DNA of 54,707 nt, filler included, from Sphacelaria rigidula (Eukaryota): NCBI GenBank assembly GCA_964200075.2. It is 5 parts of 5 records of this genome, joined end to end, with 100 filler letters (N's around TTAATTAATTAA, not from the genome) between each part and the next. Parts side by side here need not be neighbours in the genome. Positions count along the whole stretch, not along the records: positions 1 to 10,863 come from CAXNAA020005775.1; positions 10,964 to 21,825 come from CAXNAA020005776.1; 3 more parts are not named here. One strand, given 5' to 3'. Numbering within the stretch: position 1 is the stretch's first letter; every line of letters begins with the position of its first letter. This document shows positions 1-12,250 of this stretch, piece after piece. The notes below the pieces were generated by a model. That model was not told where the DNA came from, made no database searches, and worked only from the letters and a program-made list of their open reading frames with translations. A program made the position numbers and the translations under genes.

Positions 1-3000
1 ATTCATAACGAGTCAACTTATTTTACTAAAACCAAGTAGTTTCGTGACGAATCATTATTTGTCCTAACCGTGGGAATATTCAAGAATTATCTTTCCCATT
101 TTCGTCCACACGTCGTTTGATCAGGGCTCAATGATTTATATATGTACTTTATCGTAGACTCGAAAAAGACGAATTTAATCTTGTTCGTGGGCCCTCTGTC
201 ACACTCCACGATCGACATCGACGTTCATTTTCGAATCACGCCTGATACGAGGAGCCCCTACACCACAGACGAAACTTCATTGAAACCCGTGGTCACCACC
301 CCCATTTGTCTTGAATGATGGTTACTTCGTTCAGCCACGGACTACTGTAATTCCGGTCACATGCTCAGGTATTCGAGAAGGTATTGTTGAGACTCGACAT
401 GAGGCTGCTGCCTAGAACTTATAGCAAGCTGTACATGTCCTGGTAAAAGTGCCTTTCCAGAGCTAGGCGTGTTTGACGTCTTGTGACGCGTTGGGGTGAC
501 TTGTCACACTCGTTGAGGCGGTTCCAGTACACCTGTCGTTCTCCGACGGTCACAGTGTTATAAGGTCAAACGAGATTTTTTGTTTTCAAACGGTCGAATA
601 TCGGGGGAAAAAATCACATTCCTCTGGACTAGATGGTTCTTGAACGTATCTTATTTAGGCTGGGACCTGCACCAATTTGTACTGGTTATTGGACTGGATG
701 GTGATGGGGAATCCAGTTTGTTCCAAGTTTGCCGTTACCTGTCATATTTTCGCTGTTCTTAGAACTGTTATGGTGAGTTTGACAAGGACGCTTGCATGAT
801 TACGAACTATACGACAGTAGGATTGGGGTCTGCACGTGACAACAGCACAGGTGAAGACAGGACGGTACTCGTGATCACTACACCTCAAAGTGCCATGGCG
901 GATATGTGCCAGGTTTGTCGTCTCATGGCACATCTATCTGGAATCAAACATTGAAAACAAACGGTAATCCTCGACCACAAAACAGTACACCATGGCCTGC
1001 AATTCAATTGCATGGGTGCTTGTGGGTCCGGGGGTTAACCATTATGCACACTCATCCCCGTGTGCTGCCAGCCTTGGCTCGTTTGCATCCCCCTATCCTC
1101 ACCGAGAGTCTGCGGCTGCATGTTACACATGTCATTGAATGATTTTGGAACCGCCCACCGTTTTAGGAATGGGATTTGAACGTCAGTCGGGAGTGATGAA
1201 AAAACAATCCGAGACCCCGTGCCCCTTTCTGGAATTTTCGGGGGGGTCACTGAACCTCATGCATGAATAATAAAAACATAAATTGACAGGTACCGAAAAA
1301 ATAAAATTCGTGCCAATGTAGCTTGAATTTCTCGCATACCTCCGAAGCCAAGCGAGACCAACTTACAATTAATGGGTTTCAGCGATACATTACACATCAC
1401 ACGTCCACGACAAGAACGAGATCAGACAAATACCACAATGCTTTGTAATGCTTGCCCGATCAAGCTAAACGCATCTAGGTGGTAAAAAAAAGGCCAACCA
1501 TCATGGGCGTTGCCTAAATTGCCCCAAAATGGCTAGTTATCGAGTGTTTACTAATGTGAACAAAAAAAAAACGACAACCGCCGGAGGGGCGGGGGGGGGG
1601 GGGGGGGGAGGGTGTGTGGGCGTTTTTTTCTTTGTGCTTCTTTTTTTTTTTGTNNNNNNNNNNGTGTTTCGATGGGCAGTTAGTAGAGAAAAAACCGCAT
1701 CGCTCCCGGGTGGTGGATGGGGGGGGGGTGGTGGGGAATGGGTGTCGGAGTTTTTTTTCTGGCACTCCTGTGTCATCTGGGACTTTTAGCTCCTCAATAC
1801 GAGGGGTTACATTTTATATAATTTTCCACATTTTTGAAAGAAAAACAAGCCGAACAACGCATTTTTCCCCGCCTCTGGCGGCGCTCCCGCGGGGCCCCCT
1901 CACCAGCCGGGGAGGGGCGTTGGCGAGCGGCTCTGCCGCTCGCCGCCGATTGTACCGTAGTTACGCCGATTAACTAGAAAACAGTCGATGTAGTGGCCCC
2001 TGGCGCCGTCAGTTTAAACTTAACTAGCCACGGCAGCCAATTCACAGCCCTATGATTTCTCGTTTGGCCAAAATGAAAAACTAAGGCCGCCGGAAAACGG
2101 GAAAATGTACTGGAACCGCCTTGCCTGGTGGAGCAAGTCATTCAAAGATGTCAGCGTCCGCCTAGCTCTCGTTCAGGGGGTATAACGAAGTAAAAGCTTC
2201 AAAAAAGTATTTTTCTAGATCATTGTTGCTGTTCCGAGCAAGGGAGTTGAAATTTTTTCACAGCGCGACAAATTGAGGATGAGCTATAACGTGCTGATCA
2301 TCTGATCACTCCACTACAGTATTTGGGTCATCTCGTTATTTCCAGCATCGCCTTCAGACGACTTGGATTCCTCTCGTACCCCGTGACACTGAATAATAAC
2401 ATGAAATACCCCGTCAAGTTTATTTTGCCCGGAGACATTCCAGCTATTATGATCCTAGCTGTCTTGATTTGAGTGAAATGACGAACATTTGCATCTTGCT
2501 CAGGGTCGTCAATAATTCAAAAACGTGCCAACAAAAAGTGTAATGTGTAATGGCACCGAACTGGGACACATCCACATCCCTGAAACAGAGGTTGATGTTA
2601 CGAGATTTCGATAGAAACGAGAATATCCCAACTTCGAACCCGACCCAGCGGTCTGTACAACAGTTCAAAGTAGTATATTCCATTACCGTCATCAACCCCA
2701 CTGGACGCAGCATGCCCAAAGATATCCAGCTGGTGCCTCCGTGCCCCGAATGACGAACGGACGGTGCGCGTTACACCACCCGTACTGAAGCAACTTTGAC
2801 TACACCCAGCAGTAGAGTTAACCGGCGTTGGGCTACAAATGTTCATGGTTGAGACATTACTTGATTCGAGTCTGTCAACGAGAATCGGATCTTGAGTGGG
2901 GCTGACAGTCCCGTATGATCCTCGCGTGCGCACAACGCGTTTTCGTTGAAATTGGCACCATATGCGCCGATTTGGGATCTACTTAGGCTGCACTTTGGGT

Positions 3001-3921
3001 CGGGAATACTAGGTACTGCCCTTGCCCGAGGGTTCTCGGTATGCGTTGGGTCAGGGGCTAGGGGCAGCGATACTTGTAAAATGTGTCAACCATGATTATT
3101 TGTACCCCCAAAGCCTCATAGCCAGTGTCACGGATGACGAGCTGCGGCGTGTGCATGTATTATTCTTTGGGTCCTTCCGCTGAGAGGTGCAGCCGCGGTT
3201 GTGTAATCGAAAGTGTAATAAACAAAATTTACTCGTAGTTCGTGGGTGTGGCATGTAATAAACGCGGTCCGAAGAACCCAAAACTTCATGATTATCTTGT
3301 TGCTAGACAATTGGATTGTAGTGGCAGGCTGCGTACACCAGAAATAAGCAACCAGCTGATCGCAACTCGACGTACCTTACTTTCGTCTCTGCAAACGTAA
3401 CATTCACATGTCTGACTACCGTATGAAACAGATTTCCTCCACGACATCAGAGGTGCCTCGTCTCACCCAGCGCCAAGATGGGAGAGAAAATATATAATAT
3501 CATATGCACTGCTGTTTGTGGTACTATCTGTACACGATTACAACCAGAGAGAGTGCAATCGTCGCAGCTCGGAATTTTTGTTTTTCTCAATCGTGGAAAT
3601 TAGACCGGACCGTACACACAGACTGCAGTAGTATTTGAACTACAGACCGGTACGGTACAAATACTGTTCTTCTCATGATACAAATAAAACAATAAAATAA
3701 ATATAAATGCTGCCCCAGAACTGTCCGAAGCGCATGAAACAAAAGCCTGTAGGACGGTGCAATAGTAAACGCTACGATACGTGGTTCCAGCAGTGCTCGA
3801 TTGTACTCGGGTGTTTTGCGTTGCATAGGCAAGGAACCAGGCATTTTCACCAGTAGCTTACGTCACCTCGGTTGTGCTGGTCTCAAGAAGCAGGAAGCTT
3901 GGCAGGTTCATAGCAGGGAAG

Positions 3922-5885
3922 ATGGGGTGCGGGTCTTCGACGCAGACGTACAGCCCGTCTCTCCAGAGCGCCGCGAAGAATGAGGTCGACGAGCAATTGG
4001 CACAAATGCAGGAAGAAGAGAGGACGCACTACAAGGTGCGTACAGTAGTCAGTATTGCTTACATCTGCGGTGGGTCGAACCCCACATTCTCCCGAATAAC
4101 ATCATTATGGGGAGTGCCATATATACGTACTACGGACGGGCCGTTACTGCTGCTGTCAAGTTGATGTGGGTGCGTGGATGTTTTTTCGCCCCTTGTTTAT
4201 TCTAGATACTCGTGTGGTCGAGTGTGGGGGCAAAATACGACCGTCTCCATCTCTGTAAGTTCGTCAAGAGGTGGTGATGATGATTCGGGTCGTGGCCTGC
4301 TTCCCTCTGTAATGCCCTCCTGGTTGGCTTTGGATATGCCCACGTTCGTCTTGACTTCTCCCGACCCTACCTCTTCGCACGAGGGATTGCGTGACTTACT
4401 GACTTAACCAGCAACTGATTGGGTCCTTGCAGCAATTAAGTTCACCCCCCCCTTGGAAACTGAGTGTCACGTGGCTCTCTTTTGAGCTGCACCCGGTTTG
4501 TGCGCTGCTTCTTGCGGGACTGTTTTGATATACAGCATCAGACAAGAGGGAAAATAGAACATACCCATGCGGGTTGTTCGCCGTTTTGCGCCACTGTATC
4601 GCTCGACTTTTGTACCTGAATGAAATAGATGAAGCAACCTAAAGACAACGACAACAACAATAACAACAACCTAACGGCCGTATCCATAGCAGCTATTTTA
4701 CTTTTGCACGTACTGTATTGTACTGTACTGTACTGTACTGTACTGTACTGTACTGTATACTGCACGGAGGTATATCGTGCTAGTCTGCATGGCGCATGTG
4801 GTGTTGTCGGGGTTGCATGCAGTAATCGGTGGCCAAAGAAGCAACGTGCCGCCGCTGCTCTTGTACTTATACTGGTTTTGATTATTTCCCGAAAACGCCA
4901 GACCCGCACAGCAAGCGAAGGGCGCGGGCGCATAGAAACCTCGTTTCCCTCCGCTCTAACCAATCAATATAATTATACACTCTCTGTCGCATGTTCCTTT
5001 TTTTGTGTATGGAGATTCTCGAACATGGGACACGTGTGGATGTGCTGAGGAATTTGGGTCACTTATTGACGAATTTGGACCCTCGCGTGGGCGCGCCGAT
5101 TTCCCCGTGGCCTCTGGAGGCTGTGAGTGTGGTACTTCAACTTGGGCTGTTTACCATGCTGGTCTTGCGCAACCGTCCGGTTTTGTTGCGCTGTTTTCCA
5201 GGTACTCGACTGCGACCCGTGTACATACAGTCAGTATAATGATCATCACTCGAAGGAAGAGTTGGATATATTCCTCTGAAAGTTTGGTGTTTTTTCTTTC
5301 AAGAGGGTTGTTTGGCACAGATTTCCTTGAAATTTTGGTTTTGGCCCACATAGATCATGCGCATGCACACCCTAAATCCATCCAACGTCTGACCTATCCA
5401 TCTGAGGCTGGGCAACTCGAACTCTAAGGAAACCGCCCTCCCCGTCTTTCTCCCCCGTCTCCTCCAGTCTTTTGCTTGTGCCTAGGGAGATTATATACTA
5501 CTGTTGTTGGCATGGAGTTCATGAGAAGCCACAATACTGAAAGCGCTGAGCTAAACCGTCACCGCCGACTCTTTTTCATGGCTGAAATGAGTCCCTACAA
5601 CAACATCGTTTGTCTTCGTTGTCCTTGTCTTTCCAAAGAAGGCGACCTAGAGGCCCATCATTGCTGGTGGTGCCTCCTCAGCTTCATGATACTGTATATG
5701 TCAAAGTCGAGGAGGGATATAGGTTCATCTTGTTGAACAGTTATTCTGACCGATTTAATGTCGTGTGGACGAACAAACCGAAAAAACAGGTGTTGCTGCT
5801 TGGGCCAGGGGAGGCTGGCAAGTCGACCGTGCTGAAGCAACTCAAGTGCATCTACAAGGGGGGGATTCCACTGGCGGAGCAAAGG
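3922..5885 (+). CDS. Heterotrimeric G-protein alpha subunit, 5' partial gene (exon 1 3922-4035, exon 2 5790-5885; remaining exons not found in this contig)
   Basis: ATG at 3922 gives MGCGSS (myristoylation/palmitoylation-type N-terminus) and ...EVDEQLAQMQEEERTHYK, with a phase-0 GT donor at 4036. A CAG acceptor at 5787-5789 opens VLLLGPGEAGKSTVLKQLKCIYKGG, matching the G-alpha G1 box (LLLGAGESGKSTxxKQxK). Donor GTGAG at 5886. Confidence 0.92.
4710..4762. repeat. (TACTG)n pentanucleotide microsatellite in G-alpha intron 1
   Basis: tactgtattgtactgtactgtactgtactgtactg read directly. Confidence 0.9.
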
Positions 5886-6859
5886 GTGAGAGAGCGGAGT
5901 AACAAACGAGAGTCGTGGTCAACCTCCGCCGTCTGTACTTTTCGCTGTGTACTGCCGAACTTGCGGACACATCTGCTACTGTTGCTGTTGTTACAACTGA
6001 ACGCTCTTGGCTTGCCGGTAGCAACCGCCGTGTTGGCGTGCGCATGAAGAACGTCTGAAAACGAACCCTTTTGACCGAAAAGCTTTCGGGATGTGCATTG
6101 CGGGAGTATTCGACTGGGTTGTATCAAAATGAGCGTGTCGCAGTCGTGGGGTATAGATGCACATACAGTACACACACCCACGGCCCTGCGCATTATGCGG
6201 AAGAAGTTTTCGCGCGCGAAATGTGTGTTGCTGGACTGCTGCACAGTATTTCAAACGCCATACTCGTAGACGGTAGTGAAGTGGAAGGTGGGGGGTGACA
6301 TCTTTCTTGTAGATTTATGCCAAGCTGTACGGTTTTGTCTTCACCCCTCTTTTCCTTCACCAAAAAATAAGCTCTTTCTTCATCGAGATGGGAGCGATCA
6401 GGGTCGAAATCACTGTTTTCCTTGGATGGGGGGCGAGGGGGGAGTTGGATCCACGCCGGTGTCGCCAGCGCCGTAAGGATAATGAGGCGGACACGTCGAA
6501 AAAATGTTGCAACCGGTATGTTTGTTTTTCAGTAGCATACATGATCTGTGCATGGCTACCTCGATTTTTCGGCAAGGAAGTGGTGGTGTAGATACACAGG
6601 ACATTCGTGGAGGCTAGCATATTGTTTGTCTACCCAGTTGAGCACGTCTGTTAGATCGGCATCATGCGAATTATTTCACGTGGTGAATGGCCTTCGAACT
6701 CGGGTACCGTAGTTGACAGTCTCTGGGCGTTCGAAGGTACAACCCGTTGCGCGTTCGCAGATGGACCACTAAACAGACATACAACTGAATCAGGTACTCG
6801 TTCTTCGAGCGAAAAATGATTGAGTCAACTCTACAGATGGACGCCTGCGAAACGGTTAC

Positions 6860-7705
6860 AGTAGAGGTTGCGGTTTAGCGGTTGCCGGTTTAGCGGTTCA
6901 AGCTTCGGCTGGCACCGTTTTACCCCATTTTGGCGGTTATTTACTGTAGGGCGGCCTCAGCTGGAATAGCGGTTGTGTGCCCCACAACACGACAGCAGTA
7001 GTGCAGCAGCAGTTGCGGAGCTGCTGCTGCTGTAAACACACAAAATTCCCTTCTCGCAGCGTACGCCTCTAGACCAGCAAGGCAGACGGACATCAGGGCC
7101 ATGTTTCCTGAGTCGTAGTCGATACTGCTCTTCACCCGATGCACGAGATTTGATCGTAAATCTCGTTTTGTTTTGTTTTACTGAAGCGTAACTCCATGCT
7201 CCAAGTCGCACGCCGCACTCTTGTGTGCCCCGTGTGCAGCAGTACGCACACTGTACCAGACACGTGTTAGCAAGAGATGGCGTAGCGTACAGTAGAAGGG
7301 GGTCTCCAGCAGTTGTGGTGTACACGTATCAGGATGGTGAAATGGTGTGAGCCAGGTGGGGGGGCTACATTTCTTTCATGATTTTTTTTGCTTCGAAGTA
7401 TAAGTTTTAGTCTACCTTCGAAGTCTCTTGTGCACTATCGCAGCTGTAGTCGTACAATTCGTTCCGCTGCTGTAACACTTTATTGTACTGCTGTATACAG
7501 CATTCACACATGACGCTATCGAACTCACATGTTACCAAAGGCAACGGTGCTCTCATGCCGAGTTGACGGGGTTTTACCCAGTTTAGCGGTTGCTAAACGA
7601 CCCAGAATAGCGGTTAAGAACCGCTAAACCGGTGTAGCGGTTGGTCCCGGTTTAGCGGTTATTTCCCATTCTGGCACTATGGACCGCCAAACCGGGACCT
7701 CTACT
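6860..7705. mobile_element. Non-autonomous DNA transposon (MITE, hAT-like) with terminal inverted repeats
   Basis: Left end AGTAGAGGTTGCGGTTTAGCGGT matches the reverse complement of the right end, AGTAGAGGTCCCGGTTTGGCGGT. Clustered subterminal CGGTTTAGCGGTT motifs at both ends. No transposase ORF and no clear TSD. Confidence 0.65.
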
Positions 7706-7776
7706 ACTTTATGTGGAAACCCCCATCGGCACCAGCCCTCACTCCGGAACAATATCACGGGGTGACCTTAAACGCT

Positions 7777-7880
7777 GTTAACCCTTTGACGGCTAGCATA
7801 GATCATCTGTTCTATCGCCTTAATTTTACTTGAAGGAGGTATGCATGATCCAGATGGACTACCCTCGCGGCCAAGGGGTT
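7777..7880. mobile_element. Short piggyBac-like MITE remnant
   Basis: TTAACCCTTTGACGGCTAG...CTCGCGGCCAAGGGGTT imperfect terminal inverted repeats; a related TTAACCCCTT end lies near 8348. Confidence 0.4.
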
Positions 7881-10747
7881 GGTTGACGCCAACCCCACAT
7901 CTTATCTGAGCAGCTTATCTCCTATTGACAACACCACCCCAGATGAAAAGATACCGCGCACTCTGTTGTTCCCGGGCTCTGACCCATGTATAACTTCATG
8001 TGTTGAACCATGTCAACTGTTCCCCAGTAGATTTCAGTGAGGTCAATTTAGTGTCTACCCCCTGCATGTAGGGGGGACCCGTGTGGTAAGACCTATCAAT
8101 CATAATATTCTGATCTCTGGCAACATGGTATGGTGGCGCGGCGTATTCAACACGTCAGCATATTCAAGTTACGACGCACTGCCGGCGCTCACCACGTATA
8201 GTACATCCTTACTCTGTCTATCCCCCGAGTCTACCGAAAATCGTGCGTGATCGTGTCATATTTCGGGTTCACGAATCGGAACGGGTTAAGGTAAGTCGTC
8301 GGATGCTGTCGCTGCTGGGCCAGTTTGAAGAACGGTCGCGGGTGCTGTTAACCCCTTCAGGTGTCCGTGCCAAAGCTTCCGAGTTTTTGGGTACAACACG
8401 TCGGACAGATCATGATCTACCTGAGTATTACTTATTAGAGTACTGATCCGGATCATGAACTAGTTCATTTGACCACTATTTCCGTATTAGCTCTCGACAG
8501 CGATGGACGCCGAGCACGCCGTGTAGCGGGAAGGTAACGCTTTGGCTTCTCGGACACTGCTGTCACGTGTTTTGTGTTTTTGTACGATGGACCTGAGAGT
8601 TCTCTTCGATCGGTCATTTCAGGTAGCTCATGAGCTGTCCCACGGGTGAAAACTTTCACGGTTAGGACAAATCACCACTCAAACACCAAATTCACGATTT
8701 CTTCGGCCTGATTACCCAAAAGGGAGAAAAAAGTTGATCGCTGGTCCAAGGAGTATCTACGCAACTTTTGCGCCATTCCACGTGCCTGGGCGTCGCGTAC
8801 CTGGGTTGCAACGCTGAAATATAGCCTAGGGATTGATACGTCACGAGTCGACTCATGATACTAAAACCAAGTAATTTCCTGACGAATCATTATTTGTCCG
8901 ACCCTTGAAAACTTTGCACATGATGAGCGTGCAACACCTCGTAAATAACCCGGGTGGACATGGGCCATTCATCTACAAGAGTTTCTCCAAGTAAAACGAT
9001 GTCGGCCACGTCAGAAGGCGTGCGGCAGGCAGCCTTTTGCCACGACCTCAGGTCTTTGCTATGGTTGAAGGAGTGAGGGGGGAGGAGGGGGGAGTGGCGG
9101 GGGCGGGTGCACCTGTTTTTCGTTCATGCACCATTGCGCTGCACTCTACATACTACGGGTTGGACATTTGATATCATTTTTGCTGTCTGCGCGACTAACT
9201 CTCATCATTGCGATCTCCAGGCGTTACGGCCAATGCTTATGGTCGCTAGTGGCTCAGGAAATGAAGACTCCAAAAAAAAAAATCGAAACGAACGCCGTGA
9301 ACAGCCCGTCCAACTAGCGTCCAATTTGGGACCTCACTGGTCAACGGGCCGTAGCCCTGTTCACTGGGGAGATGTCAGAAGCATTCACTCCCGTTGGCTG
9401 AGGAGATCTCCTCATCTCCTCGGGGTGTATGCACTCCAAACGTGTCTGCGTATTGATATCAAGTCACAGACGTACCCATGGGCAAGCTTTTGTGTGCAGT
9501 TGCCGTCGGAGATTCGAGGTTGGCCTCAGGTCTCCAAGTTGTGCTTTTGAAGTGAAATGATTTTGGCGGTGAATGCTTGAGCGGCAGTGGGATGAAATTT
9601 GCGAAATTTTTCCATGTGTGATTGGGGGGGAGTATCGAATGGTTGATTCCCGAATGAGGGGGGAGTGTCGTATGGTTGATTCCCGAATTGGTGAGAGGTA
9701 GTGTGCGGTGCGGTACCCTGTGGTCTAGGAGGATGTATACAGCATAATCTTTTTGGACTGCGGAGATTTTGGCAGACTGGAAAGCCAGCGGGATAGGTTT
9801 ACTTGGTATCTACCAATCAGATTGCTGTACGAGTAAGTTCCTCGGACACTAATTTGAGAGTAGTCAAGGACACGGTAATCGTGCGGTCTAATCTCACGGG
9901 CAATCACGCCCACACTTACATGTTTCAACACAATGCTGACAGTAGTACAGTGTCCTAACGCACAGCTCCAGCCACACAGAGTACCGCAGCAGCAGGCAGC
10001 GCCTTGTTCGTTTCACGGAAGACGAAATAGCCAACACAACACACCATGAAGTATCAATAGTGTGCAGACAGCACTGCTTGCCGACCAACCTTATTTTCTA
10101 CAGAGACGAACACAACGACAATATTGAAGCTCAGGTAATCCAGACCGTCTTCACAATGCGTAAACACCCCACAGTACAGTGAAAGCTCCAGCGCATGATA
10201 GAGACCGTAAGAGTGTTTGCACTGCTGCACCGTGAAGCAGCATATGTCCCATGTTTTAGGCCTCCGCCTGATTTTGAACAGGTCCCCAATTTTGGTCGGG
10301 CGGTGAGTCTGAACGCTCAGCCATAATCGTGCTTTTTTTACTTCACCCTGAGTTCCCTTTATCTGTTTGTGGGAGGTCTGGCTTATGTTGCGGGTTTTGC
10401 CCGCTTATTTGATCAAGCTATTTTTCTCCCCGTACATCGAAAGTTTGTCGGAATTTTCGGATCTTTACTGGATCAGCACCAGACATATTGTTGTCTAATA
10501 TGCCAACGGGTCCTCGGCATGCCTTGAATCGAGGTTAGGGTTACAGTTAGCATTAGTTCGATATCATAATTTTCCGAGAACGTTCTTCAAAGAGTCGTCC
10601 GACCAAAAGGTAGTATGACCTGGAAGTACGGGGTCCCACCACAGTGTGGTCAATGGGATCCCTTTATAGTGCGGTCATCCTGGATTGACTCACCGCACTG
10701 TGCTGGGACCCCCGTCTATACCAGAAATTGCAAGGTTGTGTTTTGTA

Positions 10748-10748
<1 letters not shown>

Positions 10749-10806
<58 letters not shown>
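10749..10806. repeat. (TAT)n microsatellite
   Basis: About 19 perfect TAT units. Confidence 0.95.
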
Positions 10807-10863
10807 CATATCCATCACATTAGCTCTATCTCTCGAACCCGTAGTCACAGTGTGCAATGAGCA

Positions 10864-10963
10864 NNNNNNNNNNNNNNNNNNNNNNNNNNNNNNNNNNNNN
10901 NNNNNNNTTAATTAATTAANNNNNNNNNNNNNNNNNNNNNNNNNNNNNNNNNNNNNNNNNNNN
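10864..10963. other. Artificial contig linker (N-TTAATTAATTAA-N, 100 bp)
   Basis: Six-frame-stop spacer inside an N run; identical linkers recur every ~10962 bp. Confidence 0.97.
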
Positions 10964-12250
10964 ACCTCAATACTCTACTCAAAATTTGAGTAGGTCGAGT
11001 ACGGCCTCAAGTACTCTACTCAAATTTTTAGTAGGTTGAGTATGGTCTCGAATACTCTACTCAAATTTTGAGTAGATCGAGTACGACCTCGAATACTCTA
11101 CTCAAAATTTGAGTGAGTACTCTCAGTAATACTTAAGTATAGAGTATCACTTGAGAATGACCTCAATACTCTACTCAATTTTTGAGTAGATCGAGGACGA
11201 CCTCAAATGATCTTCTCAAATATTGAGTAAGCACTCTCAGCAATACTTGAGTATAGAGTACCCCTTGGGTATGGTGAGTACCCCCGACAGTCGGCGACTT
11301 CGTGACGTCACTTCACAGACTATGTTGACTACATGGGCGAACGATGGCCATCAAGTAGATGGGCGGCGTTACATCACAGCCAGCAAGGAGTATGAGCGAA
11401 TGATGGCCATAAAAAAATCAAAAAGCGCGTAGGGCCCTCCGACAATAACCCAACATTCACTCTACCCTAGTTTTGTAGCATCTGGTTCTGGTCCGAATGT
11501 TTGCTGAAGTTTGACCTTGAATAAACACTTCTCATGGGTGGGCAACTTTAGGAATACCTCGGTATCTCCTCTACCCGTGTTCGAGTATCGTGCGTACGAA
11601 CTTGAATATTGAAGTTGAAGTTATAGGTTTTCGGTACATCGGATCCGGCCTGAGATACTCTACTCAAATTTTGAGTAGTTCGATAACGGCCTCAAATACT
11701 CTACTCAACATTTGAGTAGGTCGAGTACGGCCTCAAATACTCTACTCAAATTTTGAGTAGGTCGAGTACGGCCTCAAATACTCTACTCAATATTTGAGGA
11801 GGTCAAGTACGACCTCAAATACTCTACTCAAATGTTGAGTAAGTACTCTCAGTATTATTTGAGTATAGAGTATCACTTGAGTATGACCTCAATACTCTAC
11901 TCAAAATTTGAGTAGGTCGAGTACGGCCTCAAGTACTCTACTCAAATTTTTAGTAGGTTGAGTATGGTCTCGAATACTCTACTCAAATTTTGAGTAGATC
12001 GAGTACGACCTCAAATACTCTACTCAAAATTTGAGTGAGTACTCTCAGTGATACTTGAGTATAGAGTATCACTTGAGAATGACCTCAATACTCTACTCAA
12101 TTTTTGAGTACGTCGAGTACGGCCTCAAATACTCTACTCAAATTTTGAGTACGTCGAGTATGGTCTCAATAACTCTACTCAAATTTTGAGTACTAAAAGT
12201 ATGACTCTTCAAAATACTTAGTATTGAGTATACTATACTCGACCTACCCT
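10964..12250. repeat. 41-bp palindromic tandem repeat array (two blocks, 10964-~11270 and ~11653-12250, with a ~380-bp non-repeat insert)
   Basis: Unit AATACTCTACTCAAATTTTGAGTAGGTCGAGTACGGCCTCA, period 41 (11656, 11697, 11738). Core palindrome CTACTCAAAnTTTGAGTAG. 10964-11190 is nearly identical to 11886-12110. Confidence 0.92.

Noticed and set aside
1560-1760. G-quadruplex cluster / Gly- or Pro-rich ORFs (also ~18320-18440)
   Set aside because: Homopolymer runs flank internal N gaps and look like low-quality consensus.
10908-10919. TTAATTAATTAA as a recurring biological motif
   Set aside because: Always centred in N runs; a standard six-frame-stop spacer.
10964-12250. CRISPR-like array
   Set aside because: The sequence between palindromes is itself repeated, so there are no unique spacers; no cas genes; eukaryotic context.
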